Source: Chlamydiota bacterium
GTDB taxonomy: Bacteria > Chlamydiota > Chlamydiia > Chlamydiales > Parachlamydiaceae
Reading direction: 5' to 3'
Assembly: GCA_013286645.1 (NCBI GenBank)
Contig: JABDFJ010000004.1
Location: 12-64,011 of the forward strand
Length of the DNA stretch: 64,000 nt
A program made the position numbers and the translations under genes. Positions 55,090 to 64,000 of this stretch are shown here, one piece after another (the stretch's first letter is position 1; each line of letters begins with the position of its first letter). Below the pieces are notes generated by a model. That model was not told where the DNA came from, searched no databases, and saw only the letters and a list, made by a program, of their open reading frames with translations.

Positions 55090-56130
55090 CTATTTCTCTT
55101 TAATGACAGAAAATAATGGAATGTAGCTGGCTGGTAGTAAGAGCATGGGAATAAGATACAAATCCGCAAACACATCATACTTTTCAACTGTTGCCTGCAA
55201 ATAATGCACACCAGAAGAGCCTCCAGTGCCTTTTTTCCAGCCAATCAACTTTTGGACCATTAAGCTATGCCTATAGCGCCACAACAAAAAGCTCGCATTG
55301 ACATCCATGACTTCAGTGAGCAATAGATCCGACACATGTAGCAAGGGATGGTTTCGATAAAGACGGATGAACAATGCCCCCAGAAATGCCTTATAAGCAA
55401 GGCGATGTTCGCCACGCTGCAACGATGCTTCATACTCGGCCTGAACAAAATGTTGCTGAAAAATCGCTTGTAGCTCCTCGATGCGCTTAGATACCCCAGG
55501 AGTGTCATCCACACTTTTTTTAGCATCTAATATCATCTGCTCAAAAGCCTCTTGAAAGGCGAATTGAAAGTCATAATGCTCTGTTTTAAGATAAGGTAGT
55601 GTCTGCAACCATCTCTCTACATGATCAAATAATGAAAGCTCGCTTTCAACGCGACGTAAGATTTCCTGCTGATCGTGCTTTGCTCCGAATTCATAGGGGC
55701 ATTTAGCATACGGCACTCTCTCATCTCGCTTGATGCCGAATTTGGCTTCGATGAGACGAAACTGATGACTTTGAAATCCCGACATTGTCCCTAACAAACC
55801 CCGGAAATTCATATATTGCAAGGGAGTTAACGTCTCTAAAACATCTAATTGTTGGATCAATAAGCCAAAAATTTTATTGATACGTTGCAAACGCATCAAG
55901 ATAAGTCCCATATCGCGTTCAGAGGCTTGTTCTTTAAAAATTCCAAAGATACTGTCGAGATCTGCAATGATTTGCTTAAACCACAATTCATACACTTGAT
56001 GCATGATAATAAAAAATAACTCCTCATGCACCGGCTGCCCAGCCTCCCCACTCAAAAGCTTCTGGGCGGAAAGCACTTTGTCCAGCTGCAAATAATCAGA
56101 ATAATGTTCTTTAGGAGGTGTTTTTTTCAT
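55090..56130 (-). CDS. kynA: Tryptophan 2,3-dioxygenase
   Basis: YSDYLQLDKVLSAQKLLS....VHEELFFIIMHQVYELWFKQI is the TDO N-terminal signature. ATG 56130 is preferred over TTG 56145. It overlaps the upstream gene's stop by about 20 nt. Confidence 0.85.
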   Translation of the reverse strand: MKKTPPKEHYSDYLQLDKVLSAQKLLSGEAGQPVHEELFFIIMHQVYELWFKQIIADLDSIFGIFKEQASERDMGLILMRLQRINKIFGLLIQQLDVLETLTPLQYMNFRGLLGTMSGFQSHQFRLIEAKFGIKRDERVPYAKCPYEFGAKHDQQEILRRVESELSLFDHVERWLQTLPYLKTEHYDFQFAFQEAFEQMILDAKKSVDDTPGVSKRIEELQAIFQQHFVQAEYEASLQRGEHRLAYKAFLGALFIRLYRNHPLLHVSDLLLTEVMDVNASFLLWRYRHSLMVQKLIGWKKGTGGSSGVHYLQATVEKYDVFADLYLIPMLLLPASYIPLFSVIKEK

Positions 56131-56656
56131 TTTGCCCCTTTTCAAGTGGCGGTTGCATCACATAACCACATCTCTTGCACCGCCTTTTTTCTTCATCATC
56201 ATAAAAGCGTTTGAAAATTTCGGGCAATTGATGTTCGACATCATTAACAGCTACAAATTCTTCGTACAGCTTATGATGACACTTTTCACAATACCACTGA
56301 AATCCATCGAGTTCAGAACCATGCCTTTTATATTCGATCACCACCCCAATAGTTCCCGCTGGCCGCTGTGGCGAATGAGGTGTCTTGGATGCAATGAGAA
56401 ATATCTCCCCCTCACGGATAGGCACATCGAGGCTTTGCCCATTTTCAATAATTTTTAAGACGATATCTCCCTTAACTTGATAAAAAAATTCTTCCCCTTC
56501 ATTGATGTGATAATCTTTGCGCGCATTCGGACCTTCCACGACCATCACAATAGTATCAGTATCTTCCCAAATGACCTTGTTACCTACAGGCGGCTTAAAA
56601 TTTTCATGATTTTCTTCGATCCATTTCTTCAGATCTATGGCGGATTTTGGAAACAT
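56111..56656 (-). CDS. 3-hydroxyanthranilate 3,4-dioxygenase (cupin) with a C-terminal rubredoxin-like site
   Basis: FKPPVGNKVIWEDTDTIVMVVEGPNARKDYHINEGEEFFYQVKGD...EGEIFLIASKTPHSPQR...WYCEKC...CKRCG aligns along its whole length with bacterial HAO (NbaC) as I recall it. Confidence 0.85.
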   Translation of the reverse strand: MFPKSAIDLKKWIEENHENFKPPVGNKVIWEDTDTIVMVVEGPNARKDYHINEGEEFFYQVKGDIVLKIIENGQSLDVPIREGEIFLIASKTPHSPQRPAGTIGVVIEYKRHGSELDGFQWYCEKCHHKLYEEFVAVNDVEHQLPEIFKRFYDDEEKRRCKRCGYVMQPPLEKGQNEKNTS

Positions 56657-56670
56657 TGATTATTCCTAAA

Positions 56671-57186
56671 GTACATGTTCACAGTAGCGATCTAAGAGAA
56701 TAAATTTCGTGCCCGTGTGCGTGCCCGTGTGCGTGCCCGAATTTATCTACACGTTATCTTAAGGACTTTAAACCTTTGAACCTTATCTATCACGTTTTCA
56801 TTCACACTCTTCTTTCGGGCACCGGCACGGGCACGCACATGGGCACGAAAGCCACACACCTCGTGAACATGCAATGGTGTCAAATTAAAAAAATATTTAC
56901 AACTAAAAATTGAGGCTAGTCTAGCTTCAATGAGGCATGGGCGCACTGAGACGATTGCAAAAGTCAATTGCTGAGCAAAAAAAGAACAGGATGGGCAGGA
57001 TAGGCAGGATGTACCTTGCAGCAAGATCAACGATGGAAACGATGTAACGATATAACGATTTTTTTTGAAATCTTAATAGGATCGCTAAAATACTCATTGC
57101 AATTCAAAGCTTGATGAATATGACTAGTGTTTTTGCCACACTAATTGGACTTCTCCGTGTACTCTGTGCCTTTGTGTTTCAAAAAT
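56671..57186. repeat. Divergent-promoter spacer filled with repeats: family C copy 2 (56671..56871), family F copy 3 (56985..57059), family D half-copy (57148..57186)
   Basis: Direct sequence similarity to 43753..43982, 2668..2743 and 34611..34754 respectively. Confidence 0.85.
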
Positions 57187-57272
57187 CACCTTGATAAATA
57201 TCGTTACTTGAAAAACTATCACAAAACTGCTTAAGCTGCTAATTTCATGCTTTACAACTGAAAGGCACAGTC

Positions 57273-58139
57273 ATGTCTGTTAGAAATACAAAAACACTAC
57301 ACAAAGAACTCCCGCGAATCGTCATCAAAGAGATGGTAATACGCGCCTTGGAAGAAGATCTGGCCGCTGGGGATGTCACCACTGAAGCTTGCATCGATGA
57401 CAATTCAAACTCTGTAGCAAATGCCGTAGCACGCCATGATTTAATAGCGTGTGGTTCAAACGTGGCGGCGTGTGTGTTTGAAATGGTCGACCCCGACCTT
57501 AAATTCGAAGAGCTTATCGCAGATGGCACTTCAGTACAGAAAGGACAAATCCTGTGGCGTGTCACAGGAAAAACACGTTCCATACTTATGGGAGAGAGGG
57601 TAGCTCTAAATTTCGTCCAACGTTTATCGGGCATTGCTACTATGACACATACTTATGTCAAAGCCATTCCCCCAGGTTTCCACACCCGTATTAGCGATAC
57701 GCGCAAAACAACCCCTGGTTTACGTGCTTTTGAACGCTATGCGGTTAGGATGGGCGGCGGCTTTAACCACCGCGACAACTTGAGCAGTGCTGTTTTGATA
57801 AAAGACAACCATATCGCTGCTTGTGGTGGTGTAACAACAGCAATTAAAAGAGCAAAGACGTATGCCTCACATACATGTCGCATCGAATGCGAAGTCGAGA
57901 CGCTAGAACAATTGAAAGAAGCCTTGGATGTTGGAGTTGATGTTGTCTTATTGGATAATATGCCCCCACTATCTATTGTTGAGGCTGTAAAATTAGCCAA
58001 AGGCAGAGCCATCATAGAAGCTTCTGGCGGCATAACTTTGACGCACATTGAAGAACTCGCACGTGCTGGTGTCGATGTGATTTCAACTGGGGCTATCACA
58101 CATTCGGCACCTGCGGCTGATATAGGTCTTGATATGTAA
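57273..58139 (+). CDS. nadC: Nicotinate-nucleotide pyrophosphorylase (quinolinate phosphoribosyltransferase)
   Basis: DVTTEA..., ERVALNFVQRLSGIAT, DTRKTTPGLR, HRDNLSSAVLIKDNHI and EASGGIT motifs. Confidence 0.9.
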   Translation: MSVRNTKTLHKELPRIVIKEMVIRALEEDLAAGDVTTEACIDDNSNSVANAVARHDLIACGSNVAACVFEMVDPDLKFEELIADGTSVQKGQILWRVTGKTRSILMGERVALNFVQRLSGIATMTHTYVKAIPPGFHTRISDTRKTTPGLRAFERYAVRMGGGFNHRDNLSSAVLIKDNHIAACGGVTTAIKRAKTYASHTCRIECEVETLEQLKEALDVGVDVVLLDNMPPLSIVEAVKLAKGRAIIEASGGITLTHIEELARAGVDVISTGAITHSAPAADIGLDM

Positions 58140-59892
58140 GATTGCAAGGCAGAATGATGGTGAATGTTGTTCCTTCTCCCACCTTCGATCGTACTGAAAT
58201 CTGACCAAAATGTTTATGGATCACAGTTTGCACAATAGACAACCCAAGCCCTGAGCCACCCATCTTTTGGGAATGTGCCTTATCAACGGTATAAAAGCGG
58301 TCGAAGATATGCTCTTGGTCGATATCTGGAATACCAATACCTTTGTCTGAGATGATAACCGAAATTTTATCCTCACTCTTCTCCAAAGTGATATCGATCA
58401 TGGCTGGTGGTTTTGAATATTTGGCAGCATTTTCAATCAAATTCATAAATGCCAGTTCCATCAGGCTAGGATCAGCAATCAATAACATGGGCATATCACT
58501 TTTCACATGCATATTGATTTGGGCATCCGCATGAATCTCATGCAACGTATCACAACACCCTCTAATCAGCTGTGTCAAGTCGCATTCGACCAAACGGGAA
58601 TGGGGAATGTTCTCAATATCTGATAACGTAAGCAAATCTTTAATTAAAGTAGTCATGCGTTCACAGTTCTTCACAATTTTGCGAGTGACTTCGATGCGCG
58701 TACTTTCCGGTAGATCTGGATGGTCGTGCAAAGCCTCAGCAAATCCCCGAATGATCGTTATCGGCGTCTTCAACTCATGCGAGGCATTAGCCACAAAATC
58801 TTTACGCATTTCCATTAGCTTATAATGTGAGGACTTATCCTGTATCACCAAGATGGCCCCGCTGCTGGCTCCTTTTGGTGCCGCCACTAAGTCCAAGTAT
58901 CTCTTGACTCCACCTTCTTTGGTGATGGTTAGCGTTTCAGTCAAAGCCTTTTTTTGCTTCTGACAACCGACAAGCAGGGCATACCCCTGTGGCTGTTCTA
59001 CCATTCCAAAATTATGTCCGATTAATTTAGATCTTTCTGTATCCAAGAGTTTCAACGCCATCTCATTAACATATGTCACGTCCAATGCATTATCAATAGC
59101 AATGACCCCTTCGACAAGTGATTCTAGGATAGCTTCCTTTTCATTTCGCTCTGTAGTTAATGTGTCGATATGCTTTTGGATCTTGGCTGAAAGCGAATTT
59201 AACGTCATGGCAAGCTTGCTGAATTCATCTTCTGAATTCGCAGATTTCAATTGGATCTCAGGAATTGTGGTTTGCTTGCCCTCTTGATAAGGGGAAACGG
59301 CATTGATAATCTCTTGAATAGGACGAGTAAAATGGTTGATAATCAACCACGTCAACATGCTAAACAATAACAGGATAGCTGTAGTTAGTACCAAGAAACC
59401 AATTTCGCAATCTCGAGTCAAATCATTGAAATACTTATAAGGAAATGCTGTACGTATTACGTAAGGCTTTCCATGAAAATCAAACGATTTTGCAAAATAA
59501 GAAAACTTTTGTTCTAATAGCTCCGAGTAATCCTCATTATACCCTATGCCATGTTCAAAGGCTTCTATCACTTCTGGGTGATCGACAATATACTCCTGGC
59601 TAAAGCGTGGACCTAACAAACGCTTTGTATGTGAGTCATAAAGTAAGCGCCGATCATTGGTGATGACACTTACACCAAGAAAAATCAAATGTTGCTGTTC
59701 TTTAAGCCTTCGAATGAGCGCATCGTTATTAGGAGCTGATTGGATCTTTCCAATCAGCTCATCAGCCCTATCTTCCATCGCTTTGGCAGCAATGGTGCGC
59801 ACGATGTTGGTGACGAGGGGAAAAGTGATCGTCGTGAAAACAAAAAATGAAACCACATAGCCGATTAAGATTTTCTGTCTAAAGCTGAACAT
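58096..59892 (-). CDS. Sensor histidine kinase (PhoR-like: 2 TM, HAMP, PAS, HisKA, HATPase_c)
   Basis: H-box FVANASHELKTPIT, N-box LIENAAKYS, G-boxes DKGIGI and GGSGLGLSIV. The 3' end overlaps nadC by 44 nt (convergent). Confidence 0.85.
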   Translation of the reverse strand: MFSFRQKILIGYVVSFFVFTTITFPLVTNIVRTIAAKAMEDRADELIGKIQSAPNNDALIRRLKEQQHLIFLGVSVITNDRRLLYDSHTKRLLGPRFSQEYIVDHPEVIEAFEHGIGYNEDYSELLEQKFSYFAKSFDFHGKPYVIRTAFPYKYFNDLTRDCEIGFLVLTTAILLLFSMLTWLIINHFTRPIQEIINAVSPYQEGKQTTIPEIQLKSANSEDEFSKLAMTLNSLSAKIQKHIDTLTTERNEKEAILESLVEGVIAIDNALDVTYVNEMALKLLDTERSKLIGHNFGMVEQPQGYALLVGCQKQKKALTETLTITKEGGVKRYLDLVAAPKGASSGAILVIQDKSSHYKLMEMRKDFVANASHELKTPITIIRGFAEALHDHPDLPESTRIEVTRKIVKNCERMTTLIKDLLTLSDIENIPHSRLVECDLTQLIRGCCDTLHEIHADAQINMHVKSDMPMLLIADPSLMELAFMNLIENAAKYSKPPAMIDITLEKSEDKISVIISDKGIGIPDIDQEHIFDRFYTVDKAHSQKMGGSGLGLSIVQTVIHKHFGQISVRSKVGEGTTFTIILPCNLTYQDLYQPQVPNV

Positions 59893-59896
59893 AACA

Positions 59897-61006
59897 CTAC
59901 CTCAACACCGGCGCTATGGAACGCTTAGTAAGGTTCTCATGCCCTGAAGGAGTGATAACCACGGTGTCTTCAATACGTACGCCACCTACCCCTGGCAAAT
60001 AGATGCCCGGTTCAACAGTAATCACCATTCCAGCCTCCAACGAGATATTCGCAACCCCTTCTGATTTCCTGATAATAGGATATTCATGAATATTTAATCC
60101 AACTCCATGTCCCAAACTATGCGTAAAATTCGAGCCATATCCCTTCGCTTTAATAAGCTCACGTGCCGCAGCATCGAGGGCATTCAAAGTAGTGCCTGGA
60201 TGACATAATGCTAAAGCCGCTTGCTGTGCTTCGGCTACAATAGCATGTATTTCAACGATGCGTGGATCGGGCTGACCGAAAAAAGCCATACGTGTCATAT
60301 CGGAGTGATAATGATTTAGATTGACGCCAATATCAATTAAGACGACTTGTCCTTTTTGCAATCGAGTTGTACCAGCCCTATAATGGGGCATAGAACTATT
60401 TTCACCAAAGGCAATGATAGGATCGAAAGCCACCGTTTTACTCCCCCGCTGCTTCCAAAACACCTCAAGTTCTGTGGCTAATTCATGCTCTGAGATGCCT
60501 TCACGCAGTAAACTACATACAAAATCGAAGCCTTGAGCACCCAGATCAGCGGCTTTCCGCAACAATTCGATTTCTTGAGCATCCTTGATAAGGCGAATCC
60601 CCTTAAGCGGCGCATCAAGTGGAATGACTTTGACTACATTTTTATCCGAGCGCTTACCTTCAATGGCTTTAGCTAGCTTGCCGAGCTGCTCATAATTTTT
60701 ATATGAGGTATTCTCACTGTCAAAAGCGAGTTCTTGGATAAACGCAAGCTCTGGAGTGCTAAGCCGGCTTTCAAGGCTTGGCTGATCCAACAACTGCACC
60801 GGAAATGGACTTTTCTTGCGACACAATTCAAGATAGCGATTGTCAACAAACAGTATTGCGCCATGCGCATACACTAGTAACTTGCCGGCTGATAGCTCTA
60901 AGCCTGTGAGATAGTATAGATTGGTTTTATCCTCAACCAGTAAGGCATCGCAAGCCGATTCTTTTAATACTTGCTGCAAACGATAAAGTCGCTGTTGATA
61001 GTTCAT
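59897..61006 (-). CDS. pepP: Xaa-Pro aminopeptidase (M24B)
   Basis: Creatinase-like N-terminal domain plus metal ligands in DIGVNLNHYHSDMTR, HSLGHGVGLNIHE and VITVEPGIY/IRIEDT. Start placed at ATG 61006 (or 61045). The upstream ORF extension runs into repeat D. Confidence 0.85.
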   Translation of the reverse strand: MNYQQRLYRLQQVLKESACDALLVEDKTNLYYLTGLELSAGKLLVYAHGAILFVDNRYLELCRKKSPFPVQLLDQPSLESRLSTPELAFIQELAFDSENTSYKNYEQLGKLAKAIEGKRSDKNVVKVIPLDAPLKGIRLIKDAQEIELLRKAADLGAQGFDFVCSLLREGISEHELATELEVFWKQRGSKTVAFDPIIAFGENSSMPHYRAGTTRLQKGQVVLIDIGVNLNHYHSDMTRMAFFGQPDPRIVEIHAIVAEAQQAALALCHPGTTLNALDAAARELIKAKGYGSNFTHSLGHGVGLNIHEYPIIRKSEGVANISLEAGMVITVEPGIYLPGVGGVRIEDTVVITPSGHENLTKRSIAPVLR

Positions 61007-61085
61007 AAAATTCCATTGGATAGGTTCATAATGACCTTGTTGCATAAATCCAATATAACGATAAACCATTGAAGATAAAAAAATT

Positions 61086-61206
61086 AAAACACAGAGGCAC
61101 AGAGGGCACGGAGAGGGAAGAAAAAATAAACTGTCCTTAGGCATACACCACAATCAATCTCTAATTTTTCTCTTTCTCCGTGTTCTCTGTGCCTCTGTGT
61201 TTCAAA
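61086..61206. repeat. Family-D palindromic element
   Basis: aaaacacagaggcacagagggcacggagaggg...ctctttctccgtgttctctgtgcctctgtgtttcaaa. Confidence 0.85.
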
Positions 61207-61391
61207 CCTGTTTATGATAAAAGAATTACGGTGTGCTCCATTTATGCAACAAGGCTGTTCACAATCCCATTTTAAAGCTTATTACTCAATTAATACCAGG
61301 GCGTTTTATCAAGGAGCTTCTATGTAAAGATTGACGTTCATCGCTATTTATAGTAAATTTATTTTTAAAACCACCTCTAAAGTAAGCATCT

Positions 61392-64000
61392 ATGAACACC
61401 TTTCCCATCAATTACATTAAGAGATTGTTCTTGGGCCTCTCGAGGTTTATAGCAAAAACACATCACTCTTTTGCTGGCTGGAAAGATGCAATCAAGGGAG
61501 ATTTCAGGGAATTTAACAAAAGCGAAAGATTCTATCTTTATGGGCAGACTCTATTTCCAATTGTGCTTGCAATTCTATATATTGCCCTCCCTATGATCGT
61601 GCAGGCCATCACTGGTGATGTCGCTTTAATGGGCTTTGTACGCTCGGTTTATACTTTTACCATGGCCGGATGCTTTCTTTTTGCTGGTGAAATCATCCAG
61701 CGTAGCAATATGCAACGCGTATTAAATATCTCCATATCTGCGAGATGCATTATCTATGTCTTAATAGGCTCTTTGTTCTTTCTACATGCCTTGACATTCA
61801 ATATCTTACTCGTCTTGGTTGGCATGAGTGGCATCGTGATTACTTTCGAACTATTGCTCAATATAGACACCGCAGGTGCTAACAAAATATTTTCTTCGGC
61901 TCAAAAAAAAGAAAAAGCCTTTTATCTTTGTCAGCTCATTGAAAACACTTCTTTTTTGATTTTACCATTATTGATCGGCCCCATCATCGATCTGATAGAC
62001 TTTTATTTTGGACTGGGCTACGGCGCAGCAGTCTGTTTTTTAAGTTTTGCCGTCATCTTAATGGCCATGCGCTGGATTTATCTTTATAAAATTATCCCCA
62101 TTGAAGATTCAACAGATTCAAAAGCATTCAATACTTTCAAAGAAAAGCTAAGCCTTAAATTCGCTGCGGCTGTGGGAATTTGTGTTCATACGCCTAAGCG
62201 ACAATGGTTGACAATGAAAGTGATGTGGGCAAATAAATCGATTTTACAGCGCACCTTGATGGCTGCTCTTGAGAACTTTCTAAGTGACGCCTTATACACA
62301 GTCATATTACCCGCCTATGCTTTAAACATCTTGATGGCTGGCGCCACTGGAACAGGCTTTTTGCTTTCAGGAAGTAGTTTTGGAGGTCTGCTAGCAGCTT
62401 CAGCACTGCTAAAATATTCCAGAAAACTCCAAAAGCGATGGGGATTTTATCGTTTTATCTTTTTCCTTGGTTGTTTATCGATCTTAACATTCATCCCTTC
62501 AATAGTATTGTGGGCCTATCCATCCATTTGGCTAGCCGTGCCAGCAGTGGTTTTAATGGAAGCTTTTGCTACCCCTTTAACCTATCGCATGCACACCATG
62601 CTGCAAATCGAAATTAATAACGATGCCCGTGCCAAGGAACATGAAGAAGATATCTATAGCATTCTTAATCAAATAGAGAGCATCGTCTCCATCACGGGTC
62701 TGCTAGCAGTAACATGGTTGTTTCAACATTCTGCTCCTGGCACAGCTATGCACAATCTGTTCGGCGAAAATGCTGTGATGAAAATCGTCTCTCTTTTTCT
62801 TTTCGGCACTTCCTTCATCACTTGGCTTTGTCTTTTTTGGATCAAAAGCCAGGCCATTCGCGTGTTTAAATCACCTCCAGGCATAGAAGATAAGAGCTAT
62901 GAACTGTTAGAAGCTAACTTAAAAAAGATGCAACTTCCAAACTATCGCTCTGAAAATGTTGGCTGGGAAATTGTCTCCGACATGCCTTCTGTTGCCATTT
63001 TAAACTATCCTACCCTTGACCAACTAGCCATCGTCAAAGAAGGTGGACGGCAATCCTCAGGAAATATCCATTTAGCCTTTGATAGTTCCTGGTTTATACA
63101 AGAAAATCAGCCGGATCAATCAAAACGCTTATTACTTAAAAAAGGCTTTTGCTTTGATGATGATGGCACACCCCTCATCGTAGAATATAGTCCACCACGT
63201 CACGTTAACTATTTTGCAAATTTTCGCGACGATGGATCCCCTTTAGAAGAGCGCTTAAATACTGCTATGTCCCGTTCAATTCCCCTAGGAAGAATGTCTA
63301 ATCAAACTTGGCATCAATCCCCCCTAAAACCCCCTCCACTTTATTTCAAGATTAATCAAAACGATGAATCAAAACGCTACTGCTACCAGGATTCTAACCG
63401 TTTACCTTTGCATCTCTTGACGGTAGAAGAAATTCCGTCCGCCAAACCAGAAGAAAAAATAGACTGGTACTTCCGCCTACATGTATCACGAACTCCATGG
63501 AATGGAGCTCTAACTTCAAACATTATCATTCAAGGGCGCTCCTACAAAGCAGAATTAAACGAACAGTCAAACAAAGATAAGACCTCTTTCCTTTGGATCC
63601 AATATGAAGATGCCATCCAAGCACTGCGACAGCAACATCATTTATTACAAACTGAGGAAGAGGTTTGGAAGTTTAGATATGAATTAGAAATGATGGGAGT
63701 TTTCGCCTTTTATAAACAAGTAGAAGAGGAATTTAAACACCCACCTAAGCCCGGAGATCCCTTTCAAAAGCAAACAGATTACATCAATTTAATCGTTAAA
63801 GCTGAACTCAAAGATGGTCAATTGACACCAGAAGTAATAAGATTTGGCACGCATATCGCCAGTGGCCAATATGCCCTTGATGAATTCTATCCAGAAGAGC
63901 TTGGAGAAGCTTCGAAATTCTGGGTCGCCACCATGTTAGCCAGATCTTCACGCAGCGCCTTAAAAGAAAGACGTCTTCTTCTTGTGGGTGCAGGAGCAGC
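61392..64000 (+). CDS. Large multi-domain protein, 5' partial (at least 869 codons, runs off the window): MFS-like ~12-TM N-terminal domain fused to an unclassified soluble region
   Basis: Own translation from ATG 61392 found no stop up to 64000. No other ORF of 60 aa or more is listed in this 2.6 kb. The first ~480 aa are hydrophobic helices. The rest is hydrophilic and ends ...RRLLLVGAGAA (possible start of a dinucleotide-binding fold). Confidence 0.5.
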   Translation, partial: MNTFPINYIKRLFLGLSRFIAKTHHSFAGWKDAIKGDFREFNKSERFYLYGQTLFPIVLAILYIALPMIVQAITGDVALMGFVRSVYTFTMAGCFLFAGEIIQRSNMQRVLNISISARCIIYVLIGSLFFLHALTFNILLVLVGMSGIVITFELLLNIDTAGANKIFSSAQKKEKAFYLCQLIENTSFLILPLLIGPIIDLIDFYFGLGYGAAVCFLSFAVILMAMRWIYLYKIIPIEDSTDSKAFNTFKEKLSLKFAAAVGICVHTPKRQWLTMKVMWANKSILQRTLMAALENFLSDALYTVILPAYALNILMAGATGTGFLLSGSSFGGLLAASALLKYSRKLQKRWGFYRFIFFLGCLSILTFIPSIVLWAYPSIWLAVPAVVLMEAFATPLTYRMHTMLQIEINNDARAKEHEEDIYSILNQIESIVSITGLLAVTWLFQHSAPGTAMHNLFGENAVMKIVSLFLFGTSFITWLCLFWIKSQAIRVFKSPPGIEDKSYELLEANLKKMQLPNYRSENVGWEIVSDMPSVAILNYPTLDQLAIVKEGGRQSSGNIHLAFDSSWFIQENQPDQSKRLLLKKGFCFDDDGTPLIVEYSPPRHVNYFANFRDDGSPLEERLNTAMSRSIPLGRMSNQTWHQSPLKPPPLYFKINQNDESKRYCYQDSNRLPLHLLTVEEIPSAKPEEKIDWYFRLHVSRTPWNGALTSNIIIQGRSYKAELNEQSNKDKTSFLWIQYEDAIQALRQQHHLLQTEEEVWKFRYELEMMGVFAFYKQVEEEFKHPPKPGDPFQKQTDYINLIVKAELKDGQLTPEVIRFGTHIASGQYALDEFYPEELGEASKFWVATMLARSSRSALKERRLLLVGAGA

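Noticed and set aside
59897-61153. ORF-track N-terminal extensions of real genes (pepP to 61153, rfbA to 2397, DUF58 from 31320, kynU to 55244, MORN protein to 42526, MNIO from 46230, rsmB from 47980, His-rich protein from 50689, GT2 from 29641)
   Set aside because: The extensions run into repeat elements or the preceding gene. Internal ATGs with good Shine-Dalgarno sites coincide with the conserved protein N-termini.
1-64000. Transposases, integrases, phage genes, tRNA/rRNA/tmRNA genes
   Set aside because: I scanned all spacers and the ORF list and saw none. The repeat families therefore appear non-autonomous within this window. Absence by eye is not proof; tRNAscan or Infernal would settle the RNA genes.

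Overview
Gene-dense bacterial chromosomal window with about 50 protein-coding genes. I could not recognise any rRNA, tRNA, CRISPR array or transposase. The gene content points to a host-associated, Chlamydia-like or PVC-group bacterium, but this is inference only: two autotransporters (one Pmp-like), an Inc-like protein with a bilobed hydrophobic domain, an RsbV-type STAS protein, a large MORN-repeat protein and a MoxR/DUF58/BatD operon. Housekeeping and metabolic genes recognised: rfbA/rfbB, hemB, bcp, rsmD, coaD, rsmB, pgeF, pepP, nadC, several transporters, a PhoB-type response regulator and a PhoR-type kinase. Five things stand out. (1) At 44.3-48.1 kb an MNIO (DUF692) plus DUF2063 enzyme pair lies downstream of two Sec-exported Cys-motif proteins. 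One is 350 aa with four tandem SHGCG repeats and a 5-Cys tail. This looks like an undescribed bufferin/Hvf/methanobactin-type metallophore RiPP locus with protein-sized substrates. (2) At 10.26 kb there is an orphan NHLP (nitrile-hydratase-leader) RiPP precursor with a VVGG cleavage motif and a Cys/Thr-free core. (3) At 52.5-58.1 kb there is a complete-looking eukaryote-type kynurenine pathway operon (TDO, KMO, kynureninase, 3-HAA dioxygenase) divergent from nadC. (4) There is a receptor-type class III nucleotide cyclase with a double beta-propeller sensor. (5) Most intergenic spacers are filled with nested, modular palindromic repeat elements belonging to several families, roughly 5 kb or about 8% of the window by my coordinates. 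All family assignments come from reading the translations by eye; no database search was run.
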